From NCBI RefSeq assembly GCF_036321535.1, contig NC_087447.1, positions 41,046,001 to 41,110,000 on the forward strand: a DNA stretch of 64,000 nucleotides, read 5' to 3'. The translations under genes were made by a program, and so were the position numbers. Each line of letters begins with the position of its first letter. Within the stretch, counting starts at the first letter, position 1. Positions 13,439 to 24,752 of this stretch are shown in pieces. The notes under the pieces were generated by a model. That model was not told the DNA's origin. It made no database searches and saw only the letters and a program-made list of their open reading frames with translations. The stretch is from Camelus dromedarius (taxonomy: Eukaryota).

Positions 13439-13947
13439 GCCTGACTGAATGTTCCAGACAAACCCTGGCTCAGGGCAGGTGCTACACGGATGACCCTTGT
13501 GTGGGCCAGAGGATGTCGCCCTCCCTCTTTTGGGAAAGGCAGTATCATTTGGTCTGAACCAGAGCCATTGGCCAGGAAGTAACCTGTGCCCTGCCTTCTC
13601 ATGTGCCCTGGGGAAGGTGCCATGTCCAGGCAAAAGCCCCTCCTCACCAAGTGCAGGGTCCCCGGAGTGGCCAGGGTGGCAGAGGGGCCACTGGAAGGCA
13701 TTGTCCCAGCCCTGGGCCTCCCCAGCCCGACACCCCCCTCAATTCCTCTGGTTTTCAGTTTTATATTCGCACTCTAAAAACATTTGGTAAAAGTGAATCA
13801 AGTCTTACCATCTGTCTCTTTCACTTTTGTTATGTTTGTAACAAAAAGAAGAGTCAGGAAGAAATTGAATCCAAACTGAAAATCACGTGCTGCTCCCTGC
13901 AGCTGAGATCCTCCTGAGCCAGTCTGTTCTCAAGGGAGGGTGGTCCC

Positions 13948-14475
13948 TGTTGGGGCCCAGGACGGGCTGCCCCAAAATGTGCCTCAGTGGCATATTGATT
14001 ATTTTGAATTAAAGTTACTTAAGAAATGGCCAAAGCAAGAGGGACACTCTGACCCTCCTCTCTGTCTCTCTGAAAGCAGAAAATGAATCTCATATGAAAG
14101 GTGCCCTCCCTGCACCTGGAGGCAGGAGACCTTTATTGCCAAAGATAGGGAATTCGGTCTAAGGATGTATAAACAAATCTTGTTACTTCTTTAATCTACT
14201 GTCCAAAGCCCAAATTCTGTTTAGAGTCTTCATTAATTGAGCATTCAAAATCTAAGTTTCTTTGTCCTGTCAATTCCTTGCAAACTTATTATTTCCTTGT
14301 CTAAAAAGTATAAAAGCTGTTTGCTTTGGCCATTTCTTAGGTTCCATTTCTATGAGACCTCCGTATGCACAAATTAAAAATGTGTTTCTCTTTCTCCTGT
14401 TAGTCTGTCTTGTGTCAATTTTACTTTTAGTCCAGCCACAAGAACTCGAGGTGGTAGAGGGGGTATTTCCCGACT
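13948..14475 (+). mobile_element. ERV1 solo LTR (MER34-like)
   Basis: tgttggggcccaggacgggctgccccaaaatgtgcctcagtggcatattgattattttga start; TATA-like gtataaaagct at about 14309; attaaa at about 14373; 3' end approximate. Confidence 0.8.
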
Positions 14476-15019
14476 CCGGGGAGTGCAGAAGTGGAGGGTA
14501 CACAGAATGTGTTCCGTGATGATCTCACTCCTCACGGCAGCCCTGGGAAGTAGGGACTGTTGTCCACATTGAGACATGAGAAAACTGAGGTTTGTCAGGA
14601 GAAAATTCCTAGTCCGAGCTGTGTTCCCAGGCAGCAGCAAAGTGAGATGCTAAGCCATGCTCTGGCCTGTCAACTCTGCAGTGGGGACAGCGCTGCTTCC
14701 CGTTTCACCCTGATGGGAAACTGTTAACTCATTCCCACTGGGGTTTGGTACCACACTGAAAACTCTTGGAGTTTAAGTGACCATGGTTCTCAGAGAGCTC
14801 TAGTTTTCTCCCTGTCACATCTTAGTGAGTTGGTCCCTCATCTGACACTCTGGGGCCACAACTGGGGAGAGAAAAAGTTTGCCACATACACTCATGCCAC
14901 AGAGGTTTACTGAGGGCCAGCCATGCCCAGGTGCTCCATGTGTGGTGGCTGGAGAACATCATGCTGAGCAAGGCGCAAGACCTGGGATAAGAAGCCTTGA
15001 AACCAGACCAGAGAGGAAC

Positions 15020-15200
15020 ACAGTGACGCTGGGCTACACTTCACTGAGCACCCACTATTTAAGCCAGCCGCTGTTTAAGTCCTCCACACATTCGAAGTCA
15101 CTGAACCCTATAAAGTGGACACTCTTACAGCTCCCATTTTACAGATAGGAAAACTCAAGCAGTTAAAAAAATTGCTCAAGGATGCCTAGCTTAATAGTGG
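15020..15200 (-). mobile_element. MIR SINE
   Basis: cactgagcacccact ... cccattttacagataggaaaactcaag. Confidence 0.7.
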
Positions 15201-15207
15201 GGGTTGG

Positions 15208-15772
15208 CCATCAACAGAGGACTGGATAAAGAAGCTGTGGTACATTTATACAATGGAATACTACTCAGCCATAAAGAATAATAAAATAATGTCATTTGCA
15301 GCAACATGGATGGACCTGGAGAATGTCATTCTAAGTGAAGTAAGCCAAAAAGAGAAAGAAAAATACCATATATCACTCGTATGTGCAATCTAAAAAAAGA
15401 AAAAAGAAGACACTAATGAACTCATCTACAAAACAGAAACAGACTCACAGACACAGTAAACAATCTTATGGTTACCAGGGAAAGGAGGGTGGGAAGGGAT
15501 AAATTTGGGAATTTGAGATTTGCAAATATTAACTACTATATATAAAAATAGATAAAAAACAAATGTCTTTCGTATAGCACAGGGAACTATATTCAATATC
15601 TTGTAATAACCTTTAATAAAAAAGAATATGAAAATGAATATATGTGTATATATATATATATATATATACACATATATATATATATATATATGTATGTATG
15701 ACTGGGAAATTATGCTATAAACCAGAAATTGACACATTGTAACAGACTATACTTCAATATTTAAAAAAAAAA
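15208..15772 (+). mobile_element. LINE-1 3' end (relatively young, lineage-specific) with internal (TA)n
   Basis: caatggaatactactcagccataaag ... gcacagggaactatattcaatatcttgtaataacc ... cttcaatatttaaaaaaaaaa; (TA)n at about 15648-15690. Confidence 0.92.
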
Positions 15773-15794
15773 TAGCTGGGCTCTGTTCTGACAC

Positions 15795-16125
15795 ATGAAT
15801 GAAACTTGAGGACATTGTCCTAAGTGAAACAAGCCAGTCACTAAAGGGCAAATACTGTATGATTCCACATATGAAATACTTAGAGCATCTCATAATTCAC
15901 AGAGACAGAAAGTAGAATGGTGTTGTCAGGGGCTGGGGAAGGGCAGAGTGGGGAGATACTGTTGAATGGGTAGAGTTTGGAGAGATGAAAAAAGTTCTGG
16001 AGGTGGATGGTGATGATGGCTGCACAATGGTGTGAATGTACTTAATGCCACTGAACTGTACCCTTAAAAAGATTAGAATGGTAAATTTTATATTACATAT
16101 ATTTTGACACAATAAAAAACTGAAA
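15795..16125 (+). mobile_element. Old LINE-1 3'UTR (L1MB-like)
   Basis: ctaagtgaaacaagccagtcac ... aaagttctggaggtggatggtgatgatggctgcacaatgg ... cacaataaaaaa. Confidence 0.88.
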
Positions 16126-16706
16126 AAATATATAACTTTTAAATTCATAAATTGGTTTAAAAACAATCAGGCACCTGACTCCAATCTCTTAAGCATCCCC
16201 TGTTCTAGATGGTTCATCCCACTGGGCCACATCTAAAGAGAGACCAGACCTGCTGTAAGCCAGGAGCTGAAATGGCAGAATGGAGTCCAGAGATGCAGGT
16301 AAACTAGAGTCCAAAGGAAGAACAGACTAGAAGTAAACCGGCTGAGATTTTGAAGCCGGGGGAGGGACTTTGAGCAGACAAGGGCCGAGAGGTAGCAGGG
16401 ATCGGACTTGTTTAGGATGACTTATAGATTGGTCCTGTGCTGAACACCTGGACTCTTGCCGGGTGAGGGGCAGTGTGTGCCAGGAGCAGGGGATGACCAG
16501 GCATTAACCCTGCAGTGTGAGACATTATCTTCCTTCTAGAAATTCTGCCCAGGTACCTGGCTGTCTTAGAGTGATAGCCCAGTTCAGTTCTGCAGATGAG
16601 ACCTGAATGACACCAGGTAGACAAGGTCTAGAGCATAAAGATCCCTGGGATGATCTTACAGAGCATTAGGGGCCAGCAGGCACTCATCAGCTGGCATCAG
16701 AGTCCA

Positions 16707-16826
16707 GGAGGCAAATTCTAGATGAAGGCTCCTCAAGAGGGCTGCACATGGGTGTGGGTGTGGCTGGAGGCAAATTCTAGATGAAGGCTCCTCAAGAGGG
16801 CTGCACATGGGTGTGGGTGTGGCTGG
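16707..16826. repeat. Perfect 59-bp tandem duplication (2 copies)
   Basis: ggaggcaaattctagatgaaggctcctcaagagggctgcacatgggtgtgggtgtggct at 16707 and again at 16766. Confidence 0.97.
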
Positions 16827-17939
16827 GGCCACATCAAACAGGATTGTGGGTGTCAATAGCCAGGAATGAAGCCAGAGGTTGGAAAGCTGATGGATGCCAT
16901 CAAGGGAGAGACTGGACATAGAAAGGAATGAAGGACAGGTGGGGACTGGCGCTAAGCAGGTCAGAACACAGAGGAAGGCAGCAGCCAGAGACATACGCAT
17001 TTGGGAGCTAAGTCTGTATGTGCAGAAGGGGATCTGGGCCCTCTTTTTACATAGGACCAGGGGTCTACCCCAGACCAGAGACAGGTCTTTAGAGGGATTG
17101 GCATCCCGTGAGTTGACATAACACCACAGACACGACTAGTCTAGGGAGGGTACAATGATCGTGTTTAGAGAAGTTCAGGGTGTTGGCTTGGACCCAGGAG
17201 ATCTGGCACCTCCCCCAGGTGTACCTGGGTCTGTGAGTTCCTGTTTCCTCACCAGTAAAGTGGGAGTGATACTAGCTCCCATCAAACCCCTCCCGCATGT
17301 TCTGAGGATCAAGTGAGAAAAATAGGGGTGCCTGTCCTGTAACATCTACAGGAGGTGAGTCATTCATAAGTGGGCTTGAAAATGTTAAATAAGAAAACTA
17401 CAGCAGGGCAGAGGCCCATCCCTGCCACTAGGAGAGAGGGAACAATGTGACTTTGGAAACATGCAAGGACTGGACTGGTGAGCAAAGGGTGACTTGCTGT
17501 ATCCTAATTAAATTCCTATATTCTAATTAAAAAACAAAACCAGAGGTTTGTAAAAATTCTGCAGCTATGAAGCCAGTGCCAGGAAGAGCATAAAAGTGCA
17601 GATTTATGAATAATCAAGGACCACGACCAGCCCTGGGCTGTGGGACTACGTGAGGTCTGGAAGGTGAGGCAGCAGAGACCCCAGGCCAGGGAATGTGGGT
17701 GGTTGGTGGCAGCTGGGGAGAGGGGCAGATTTCCTGTCCTCAAGCATCTACTAACTACTCAGACCATCTGGACACCATCCATTTCCAATGAGCCCCATAA
17801 ACCCTCCCCATTGCTCCTGGCCCCTCCCTGTCTATAAATAAAATTAAAGCTTCATTAAACATCTGATAACAATGGACACTAGGAGTTAAACAATATAATA
17901 AAACATATAATAAAAAAACAATAATGATTACTTCCTATA

Positions 17940-18130
17940 GGTCTGATTCCATATTCAGTATTTTGTATCTATCACCTCGTTGAATCTTAACAACTGTGAG
18001 TTTTATATGTAAAGAAGTTTTGAGAGGTTAAATAACTTGTCTAATGTCGCTGCCCCCAACCCCGACCCCACCAAACCAGCAAGAGGAAGAGCTGGGATTT
18101 GAACCCAAGTCTGTCTGGTGCCAAAATTAA
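17940..18130 (-). mobile_element. MIR SINE fragment
   Basis: gagaggttaaataacttgtc ... gagctgggatttgaacccaagtctgtctgg. Confidence 0.7.
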
Positions 18131-18214
18131 GCACATCAGTCCACAGTGCCCCTGATAACCTTGAAGGCTAGCAAGAGTGCTAGGCATAACCCTGCCTAGT
18201 ACATAAATAATCCT

Positions 18215-18416
18215 AATATTAACTACTATATATAAAACAGATAAAGAACAAGTTTCTCCTAGAGCACAGGAACTATATTCAATATCTTATAGTAATCTAT
18301 AACGAAAAAGAATATGAAAATGGATATATGTATGTATATGTATGACTGAAACATTATGCTGTACACCAAAAGTTGACACATTGTAAATTGACCATACTTC
18401 AGTTAAAAAAAAAAAA
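18215..18416 (+). mobile_element. Severely 5'-truncated LINE-1 3' end
   Basis: Same 3'UTR as 15525-15772 (atattaactactatatataaaa ... ttgacacattgtaaattgaccatacttca) plus A12 tail. Confidence 0.9.
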
Positions 18417-19499
18417 TCTCAAGTATGTTGGAAAAGGAAACATCGCTAGGATCACCTGGACAACTTAAGGTCACTTAAAGACTGAAGAACTGGATTGAGT
18501 AATCTAAAGCCATTGAGGATTTCGATGGGGAATCCGTGTAAATGAATTTAGGAACCTCCACTGGGTGCCGGGCCAGCAGCTGTAAGTAGTAACCGCCAAG
18601 GACTAATTTCCACGTAACAGTTCTTCGTGTAAAGAGTGGAGTGCACAGTTGTAACAATAGGCAGGTTACTCTGCCCCATTATTTACACTTTGTGAACTGT
18701 TGAACAGAGGCAATCAAGGTTTTGCCAAAGTAGAGCAGATCCCCAAGAAGGCACCTCTGCCTTAATTATTACTGGGAAAAAGCACTCACTTCATCTGTGA
18801 CTCTGGGCACATTGCAGAGAAAACAGAAGATAGAGCTCCCACAGGGGATAAGAGTTTGGACCAATCCTGTCGTTCCATCTCCAAGGTTTGCAGCAAGGTT
18901 TGGAGGCGGGGTGGCCATTAAAGCCATCAGTCTCCTGCCGACCTCCACAAGCTTTGGAGTCAAACTGGGATTTGAAGGTGGCTTCCCCTGTGTAACCGCA
19001 GATAAATTACTAGAACTAGAAATTTCTAGCGCTCATTCCTTTTTCCCCTCCCCTGCAAGCCTTTTGGTGAAGCAATTTATTCAGGAGACTAAAAACATGA
19101 TCCAGTTAAGCCTTCTTTTTATGTGTTCTGGAGAAAAACATACTGGCTAAATTTAGAGGCTGGCAATGGGCCCTTAAAATGCTGGAAGATCAGGCTGTTT
19201 TGCTTTCTTTCCCGATTTGTTTCATTTCTAACCGCCAGGAGACAACTTCCCAGGGCATAATGGAAAGATCACAGATGTTACAGTGGGAGACAATGGGTAC
19301 AAATCCCACCTCCTCTCCCGAGCGCTGAGATCCTGGCGAGACACTGAATCTCTCTGAGCTTAATTTCTCCATCTGTAAAAAGGGGACATTCCTGTTTTGA
19401 CAATTCTTGAGTAAACCTGAAAATCCATGAAGTGTAAATTGGCTGAGATGTAAGAAAAAACTGTATGTAAGGTAATTCAATGGGGGTCTCTACTTGAAT

Positions 19500-22200
19500 T
19501 TAAGTATAGAGTTTAAACATCACTTTATTGTGAAATATAACATATGTACAGAAAAATGTACAAAACAAAAATGAACAGCAAAGGAAAATAAAAAATGTAG
19601 AGGGCAGTGATTTGTCACAGAGGCATACCTGTGACATCAGTTTTCAGGTGAAGATTTAGGTCCGGGGTCAGCAAACTTTTCCTATAAAGAGTCAGATGGT
19701 AAATACTTTACTTGGCTGATTTGGTCCCTTTAGCAACTACTTAACTCTGTCTGGTGTGGTGAAAGCAGTCATGGAAAATAGCATGTGAGTGGGCTTGACT
19801 TTGTCCCAATAAAACTTTATTTACAAAAATAAGCACCAAACGTGCTGACCTCTGATTTAGATGTTTATTATCAGCACTCCAGAAGCCACTCATGCTTTCA
19901 CCTCAACAAAGGCAACGTTATCTTGATTTTTATGGCAATCATTTCCTTACTTTATAGTTTTACTACCTAAGCTTACATCCCCAAACACTAAGTTTTGTCT
20001 GGTTTTTGCACTTAATATAAATGGAATAATATGGTAATTACTCCTTTGGGTCAAGCTTTTCCACCAAATGTTACTGGCATATAGCTCTACATCATTCAAC
20101 TTTGCTATTGATGCTTACTGAGATTGTTCCACTTGGGGACCAGTGTGAATAATGCAGCTATGAATATCCTCATACAAAAGTCTTACTCCACATGTGCATG
20201 AATTTCTGTGGCATATGAATCTAGGGAAGACACTGTGGGATCATATGGTATGTATGCGTTCAGCATTGGAATGTAGTAACAACTCTTTTCCATGGAAGTT
20301 TGTGTGAATGTACACTCACACCAGAAGTGTATGTTAAGAGTTCCAGTTGTTCCACATCCAGTCCAGCACTTGGTATTAACAGACTTTAAAAACGTATCCA
20401 TTCTCATTGAGTGGTGGGGTGGGGTGTCTCATTTACATTCCCTGGTTAGTAATGGGGTCCCTGTGTTTTGTTGGTCATCGGTGTCTTCACTGGTGAAGTG
20501 CCTATTCAAGTCTCCCACATGGTTCTCTACTTTGCTGATTGTCTTTTCCTTGTTGGTTTGTAGAAGTTCTTTTCGTACTCCTAATCAGTCTGTTATACAT
20601 ATAGCAAAAATTTTCTCCCACTCTTGACTGAAGTTTTACCTTTTTAATGGTGTTTCGTGATGAACAGACAAGTTCTTAATTTCAATATAGTAAACTTCAG
20701 TAATATTTTCCTTTAATGTTGGCACTTTTTTTATATCTTGTCTGAGAAATTGTTCTACACACCAAAGTTATGAAGATCTTCCTTTGCTAAGTTGCATTTT
20801 TTTCAAATGTTGCCCACCTAATCTAGACCTAGGCTATCTTATTAATAATAATATCATCTTATTTTTAGGGTCAGCAGAATCTCCAGCAGTGCTGCCTTCT
20901 TATCCCTTACGTTGGACAGATGACCTCTCCCTTCTTGGTATTCTCACTAGAGGTGTAGCAAGGATATTAGTCTCTTCAGAGGAACAGCTTTGGGTTTGGT
21001 TGATTCTCTTCATTGTTTCTTGTTTGTTTCCTTAATTTCTGCTTACATTTATTATCAGTTTACTTTTACTTTCTTTGCTACTAGTGTGTTGCTCTTTTTC
21101 TAACTGTGTGACAAAGGTATTTGATTCTTTGCTTTGTGCTACCATAAAGATCTACCTGCACACAAAAATGTTGATACCTTTTTTATCATTCAGTTCAAAT
21201 ATTTCTTCTAATGTCCTTTGTGACTTCTTCTTTGATCCGTGGGCTATTGTCAAATGTATTTCTAAATTTCTAAACATATGCAAAATTTATCGTTATGCCT
21301 TTGTTATCGATTTCAAGTTAAATTGCATTATAGAAAAAGGAACATACCCTGTATGATTTCAGTTTTGAAATTTGTTAAGACTCGTTTTATGACCCAGCAT
21401 AAGGTCAATTAGAATAAAATCTTCCATGTATACTTGAAAAAAAAAGTGTACTCTTAATTTGTTGGGTGGAGTCGCTTTTCAATGTTTATGAGGTTTTTTG
21501 CTAATCATGTTGTTCAAATGTCTACATCCTTACCTTTTTTTTCCTGCCTGCCAAATATTGAGAACAGTATGTTAAAATCTTCCATACAAGTGTGGATTTG
21601 CCTGTATCTCTTCATAGTTCTGTCAATCTTTATACATTTTACAAATATGTAAATATTAAGTGCAATTAACATTTTAAATTGTAATATCTTAGAGTTGAAT
21701 CAAATATTTTCTCATTCTGAAATGTCCCTCTTTATCTCTAGTATTGTTTTTTGTCTTCAGTCTATTTTGTCTGATATTAATATAACTATTCAAGGGTTTG
21801 TTTTGTTTTGTTTTGTTTTTTTGGTTAGAGTTTAAATTAAAAAATCTTTTTCCATTCTTTTACTTCCAGACTTACTGTGTTTTAATATTTTTCTCTGTGC
21901 CAAGGTTTGAATATTGTCTCATGACCTGGCTTTTACTGTGTCCAATCTACTGTTAAGCTCATGCATTCAGAGCTAAATTTCAGATAATACAATTTTTAGT
22001 TCAGAATGTCCTGTCTAGACTTTATGTCTACCTCTATGGGGAGACATTTTAAGACAATCAAAACATTCTGCTCCTCATCAAACTTTTCCCTTTATTTAAC
22101 ATCTATTGATGATTTGTGCCTAATACAGTCTTTACTATGATGGCTACAAAATAGTGATTTTCTACCCCTGCTACTCCCTTGCATTTATCAGTTAGTGTTC
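19500..22200 (-). mobile_element. Old LINE-1 (L1M) fragments
   Basis: T-rich + strand; ORF 20183-20407(-) NTKCWTGCGTTGTL...YDPTVSSL resembles L1 ORF2 C-terminus; further ORF2-like decayed segments through about 21900. Confidence 0.8.
19662..19854. mobile_element. MER58A-like hAT-Charlie element nested in L1
   Basis: Termini ccggggtcagcaaac ... gctgacctctg; 8-bp TSD atttaggt (19654-19661) / atttagat (19855-19862). Confidence 0.88.
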
Positions 22201-22216
22201 CACTGCAAGAAAGATT

Positions 22217-22613
22217 TGCAGCACGTTAGCCAAAGAATGTTAAACCCTCAGCACAATGATAGACATCTCTAAAACGCATTCTATCAACATCCCTTACAAA
22301 TACTTTTTGAAATCCTCTAAAGTAGGAGTAGGATGGCTAGGTTCCCTGCACTTTCCCTGAGTATCATGAGACCTTCCCTACCTAAGTTATCAAAACACCA
22401 GCTCCTCTCTTGCTGACCATAGGGCAATTTGCAGAGGTGACCTTCGATTATACTCGGGTATAAAAGAAAGCCTGTGAATTTCAGGGGCTAAAGAATTGGG
22501 GTGTCGTCACTTATCCATCCAGCTTCTGGTCAGTAAGCACTTGCCTCCTTTCTTCTGTAGGAAACAAAAAAGTCTTGTTTTAAATTCTGAGATTATGATC
22601 TAACTTTGCACCA
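22217..22613 (+). mobile_element. LTR-like insertion, family not recognised
   Basis: TG...CA ends (tgcagcacgttag ... ctaactttgcacca); TATA gggtataaaag at about 22456; composition differs from flanking L1. Confidence 0.45.
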
Positions 22614-22639
22614 TAAATTAATCCCAGATGAATATCTTA

Positions 22640-23640
22640 GAAAAACTCTGTGGTGGGTTCTGCTTCTGACTAGGTTGTTTGGGCCCAAGTCTCTCTCTAA
22701 AAAGGATTATACAATCTAAACAAAGTATCTTGAAAATCTGTTTGAAGGCATAAGAAAACTATTAAGATTATTTAAAACATTAGGACGTGGTGAGAATAAA
22801 GTAGAGAAGCAAGAGAGTTTAGCCTAGCACTTGGGGTTTCCCTAGAAACAAAGGACAAATCCAAAAGCAAAAGCAGTAATCGTGAAACAGAAACTGAGCA
22901 AAGTTTTCAGAAACCACAGAGCTGGAGTGACAAAAAAATGGAGTTCAGGATCTTCCAAGAAGGAAGGCATTTTTAGCTCCACAATTTCCATTTTATTCTT
23001 CATGCATAGTTTCCAGTTCTCTGCCAATTTTTTCTCATCTTGATATTTACTCTTCGAGATTTTTAGCATAGTTATTTTAAAATCTGTGTGGGACAACTCT
23101 AATGTCAGAATCTTTAGTGAATATGTCTTTTGCTTATTTTTTTTTCTCTTATATTTTTCACAAATCTTATCTTCTTGCATGCCTGACTGTTTTTCACTGT
23201 GTGCTGCACAATGTGTAAATTGTAGAGATCATTTGTGGCTCTGGTATTTTACTCCAGAGAGGATTTACTTTTGCTTCTGGAAGGTCACCTTAATTACAAT
23301 CAGATATTAGATGATTCAAAGTTGAGCTTCAGACCTTGTGAGACCTCGTCTATCTCTGGGTGATGCTTTCTTCTAAAGACAGAAAGATCCTGGTAAACCC
23401 CAAAGGCTTTTGTTTGGTATCCCTAAATACAAAGCTATAGATGCATGAAAATAAAAAGGATGGAAGAAGATATACCATGAAAACACTAATCAAAGGAAGA
23501 CTAGATAGCTATACTTAGATAGACATTAAGACAAGAAGCATCACTAGAGATAAGCAGAGATGTCGTAATAGAAGAGTCTATCCCGCATAAAGCTATTAGA
23601 ATTCTGCATGTATATGCATCAAATAACATAACCACCCAAT
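22640..23640. mobile_element. Mixed-orientation old L1 fragments (5' region +, ORF1 -, ORF2 endonuclease +)
   Basis: ORF 22842-23180(-) DFKITMLKISK...KNKMEIVELK is ORF1-like; 23447-23630 reads KIKGWKKIYHENTNQRK (L1 endonuclease motif) on +. Confidence 0.7.
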
Positions 23641-23919
23641 GCGTTACACACAGTAGGCCCAGCTAATCTATGATCACAGAGGGGGTTAATGGATTATATC
23701 TGTTTAACTTGCCTTGTACCACCAGTGCCTAATAAAGTGCCTGGCACATATTTGGCACACAGTAGGTGACCTTAAAAAGCCACTATTACAAACTGGACTG
23801 CTTAGTAATTCTACTTATACCCATCCCTGTAGAAAGTCTCATAAACATATTACTAGTGTTTAACACATATACAAAAACACACACAAACACACACAATAAC
23901 CTAACTAGTACAAGATGGG

Positions 23920-24155
23920 GCTTGCAGGCATGGTGAGCTTTGGATTCAGAAAGGCCTGGGTTCAAATCCCAGCTCCTTCACTTACTAGCTATGTGACCTT
24001 GGGAATGACAGCCTCTATGATCCTATATTTCCTCATCTGTAAATTGAGAAACAATAATACCTCCTTGCAGGCTTTTTCAAGTATGAAAAAGAATAATATA
24101 TGAAAAGTGCCTAGTACAGTGTCAGGCACTAAATTAACACTTAATAAATGATAGC
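23920..24155 (+). mobile_element. MIR SINE
   Basis: cctgggttcaaatcccagctcc ... tgtgaccttggg ... ttcctcatctgtaaa ... aaagtgcctagtacagtgtcaggcac. Confidence 0.85.
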
Positions 24156-24706
24156 AATTAATATTAATAATTATACATAAGAAATTTTGAAACTAATCCC
24201 AACACAGCAGTCAAGAACCCCTCTGCTACAAATTAGAATTAGAAATGGCACTGGGAACTAATTATTTTACCTAATTATAAAACTTGTCCCTGAGAATGTT
24301 AGTATGGCAGACAGAATTTAAGATGGCCCCATGATTCACACTTTAGCATAATTTCTTCACCTTGAAAGGTGAAACCTGTGACTTACTTCAAACCAACAGA
24401 ATACAGCAGATTTGATGAGATGTACATGATTATGTTTGCATGATCACGTAGCACCCATCTTGATGGAGTCTCTCTCTCTCTCTCCATTGCTGGCTTTGAA
24501 GAAGCAAGCTGCTGTGACTCCAGTAAGAAATAGATTCACAATGAAATAAATTCTGCCAACAACCTGAGAAGCTCAGAAATGGATCCTTCCCCAGTCAAAG
24601 CTCTGATAAAAACCCAGAGTTGGTTGCAAACATGTGATGTCCTAAGCAGAGGATTCAGCTAAGGTGTGCCTGGACACCTGGCCCACAGAAACTATGAGAT
24701 GATAAC

Positions 24707-24721
24707 TGTGTGTGTGTGTGG

Positions 24722-24747
<26 letters not shown>
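24707..24747. repeat. (TG)n microsatellite at the L1 tail position
   Basis: About 20 TG units with one interruption. Confidence 0.95.

Positions 24748-24752
<5 letters not shown>

Noticed and set aside
14675..14696. REST/RE1 site (ggacagcgc)
   Set aside because: Only the right half-site is present; the left half TTCAGCACC is absent.
16707..16826. CRISPR-like or repeat-spacer array
   Set aside because: Only two adjacent copies with no spacers, in a eukaryotic context.
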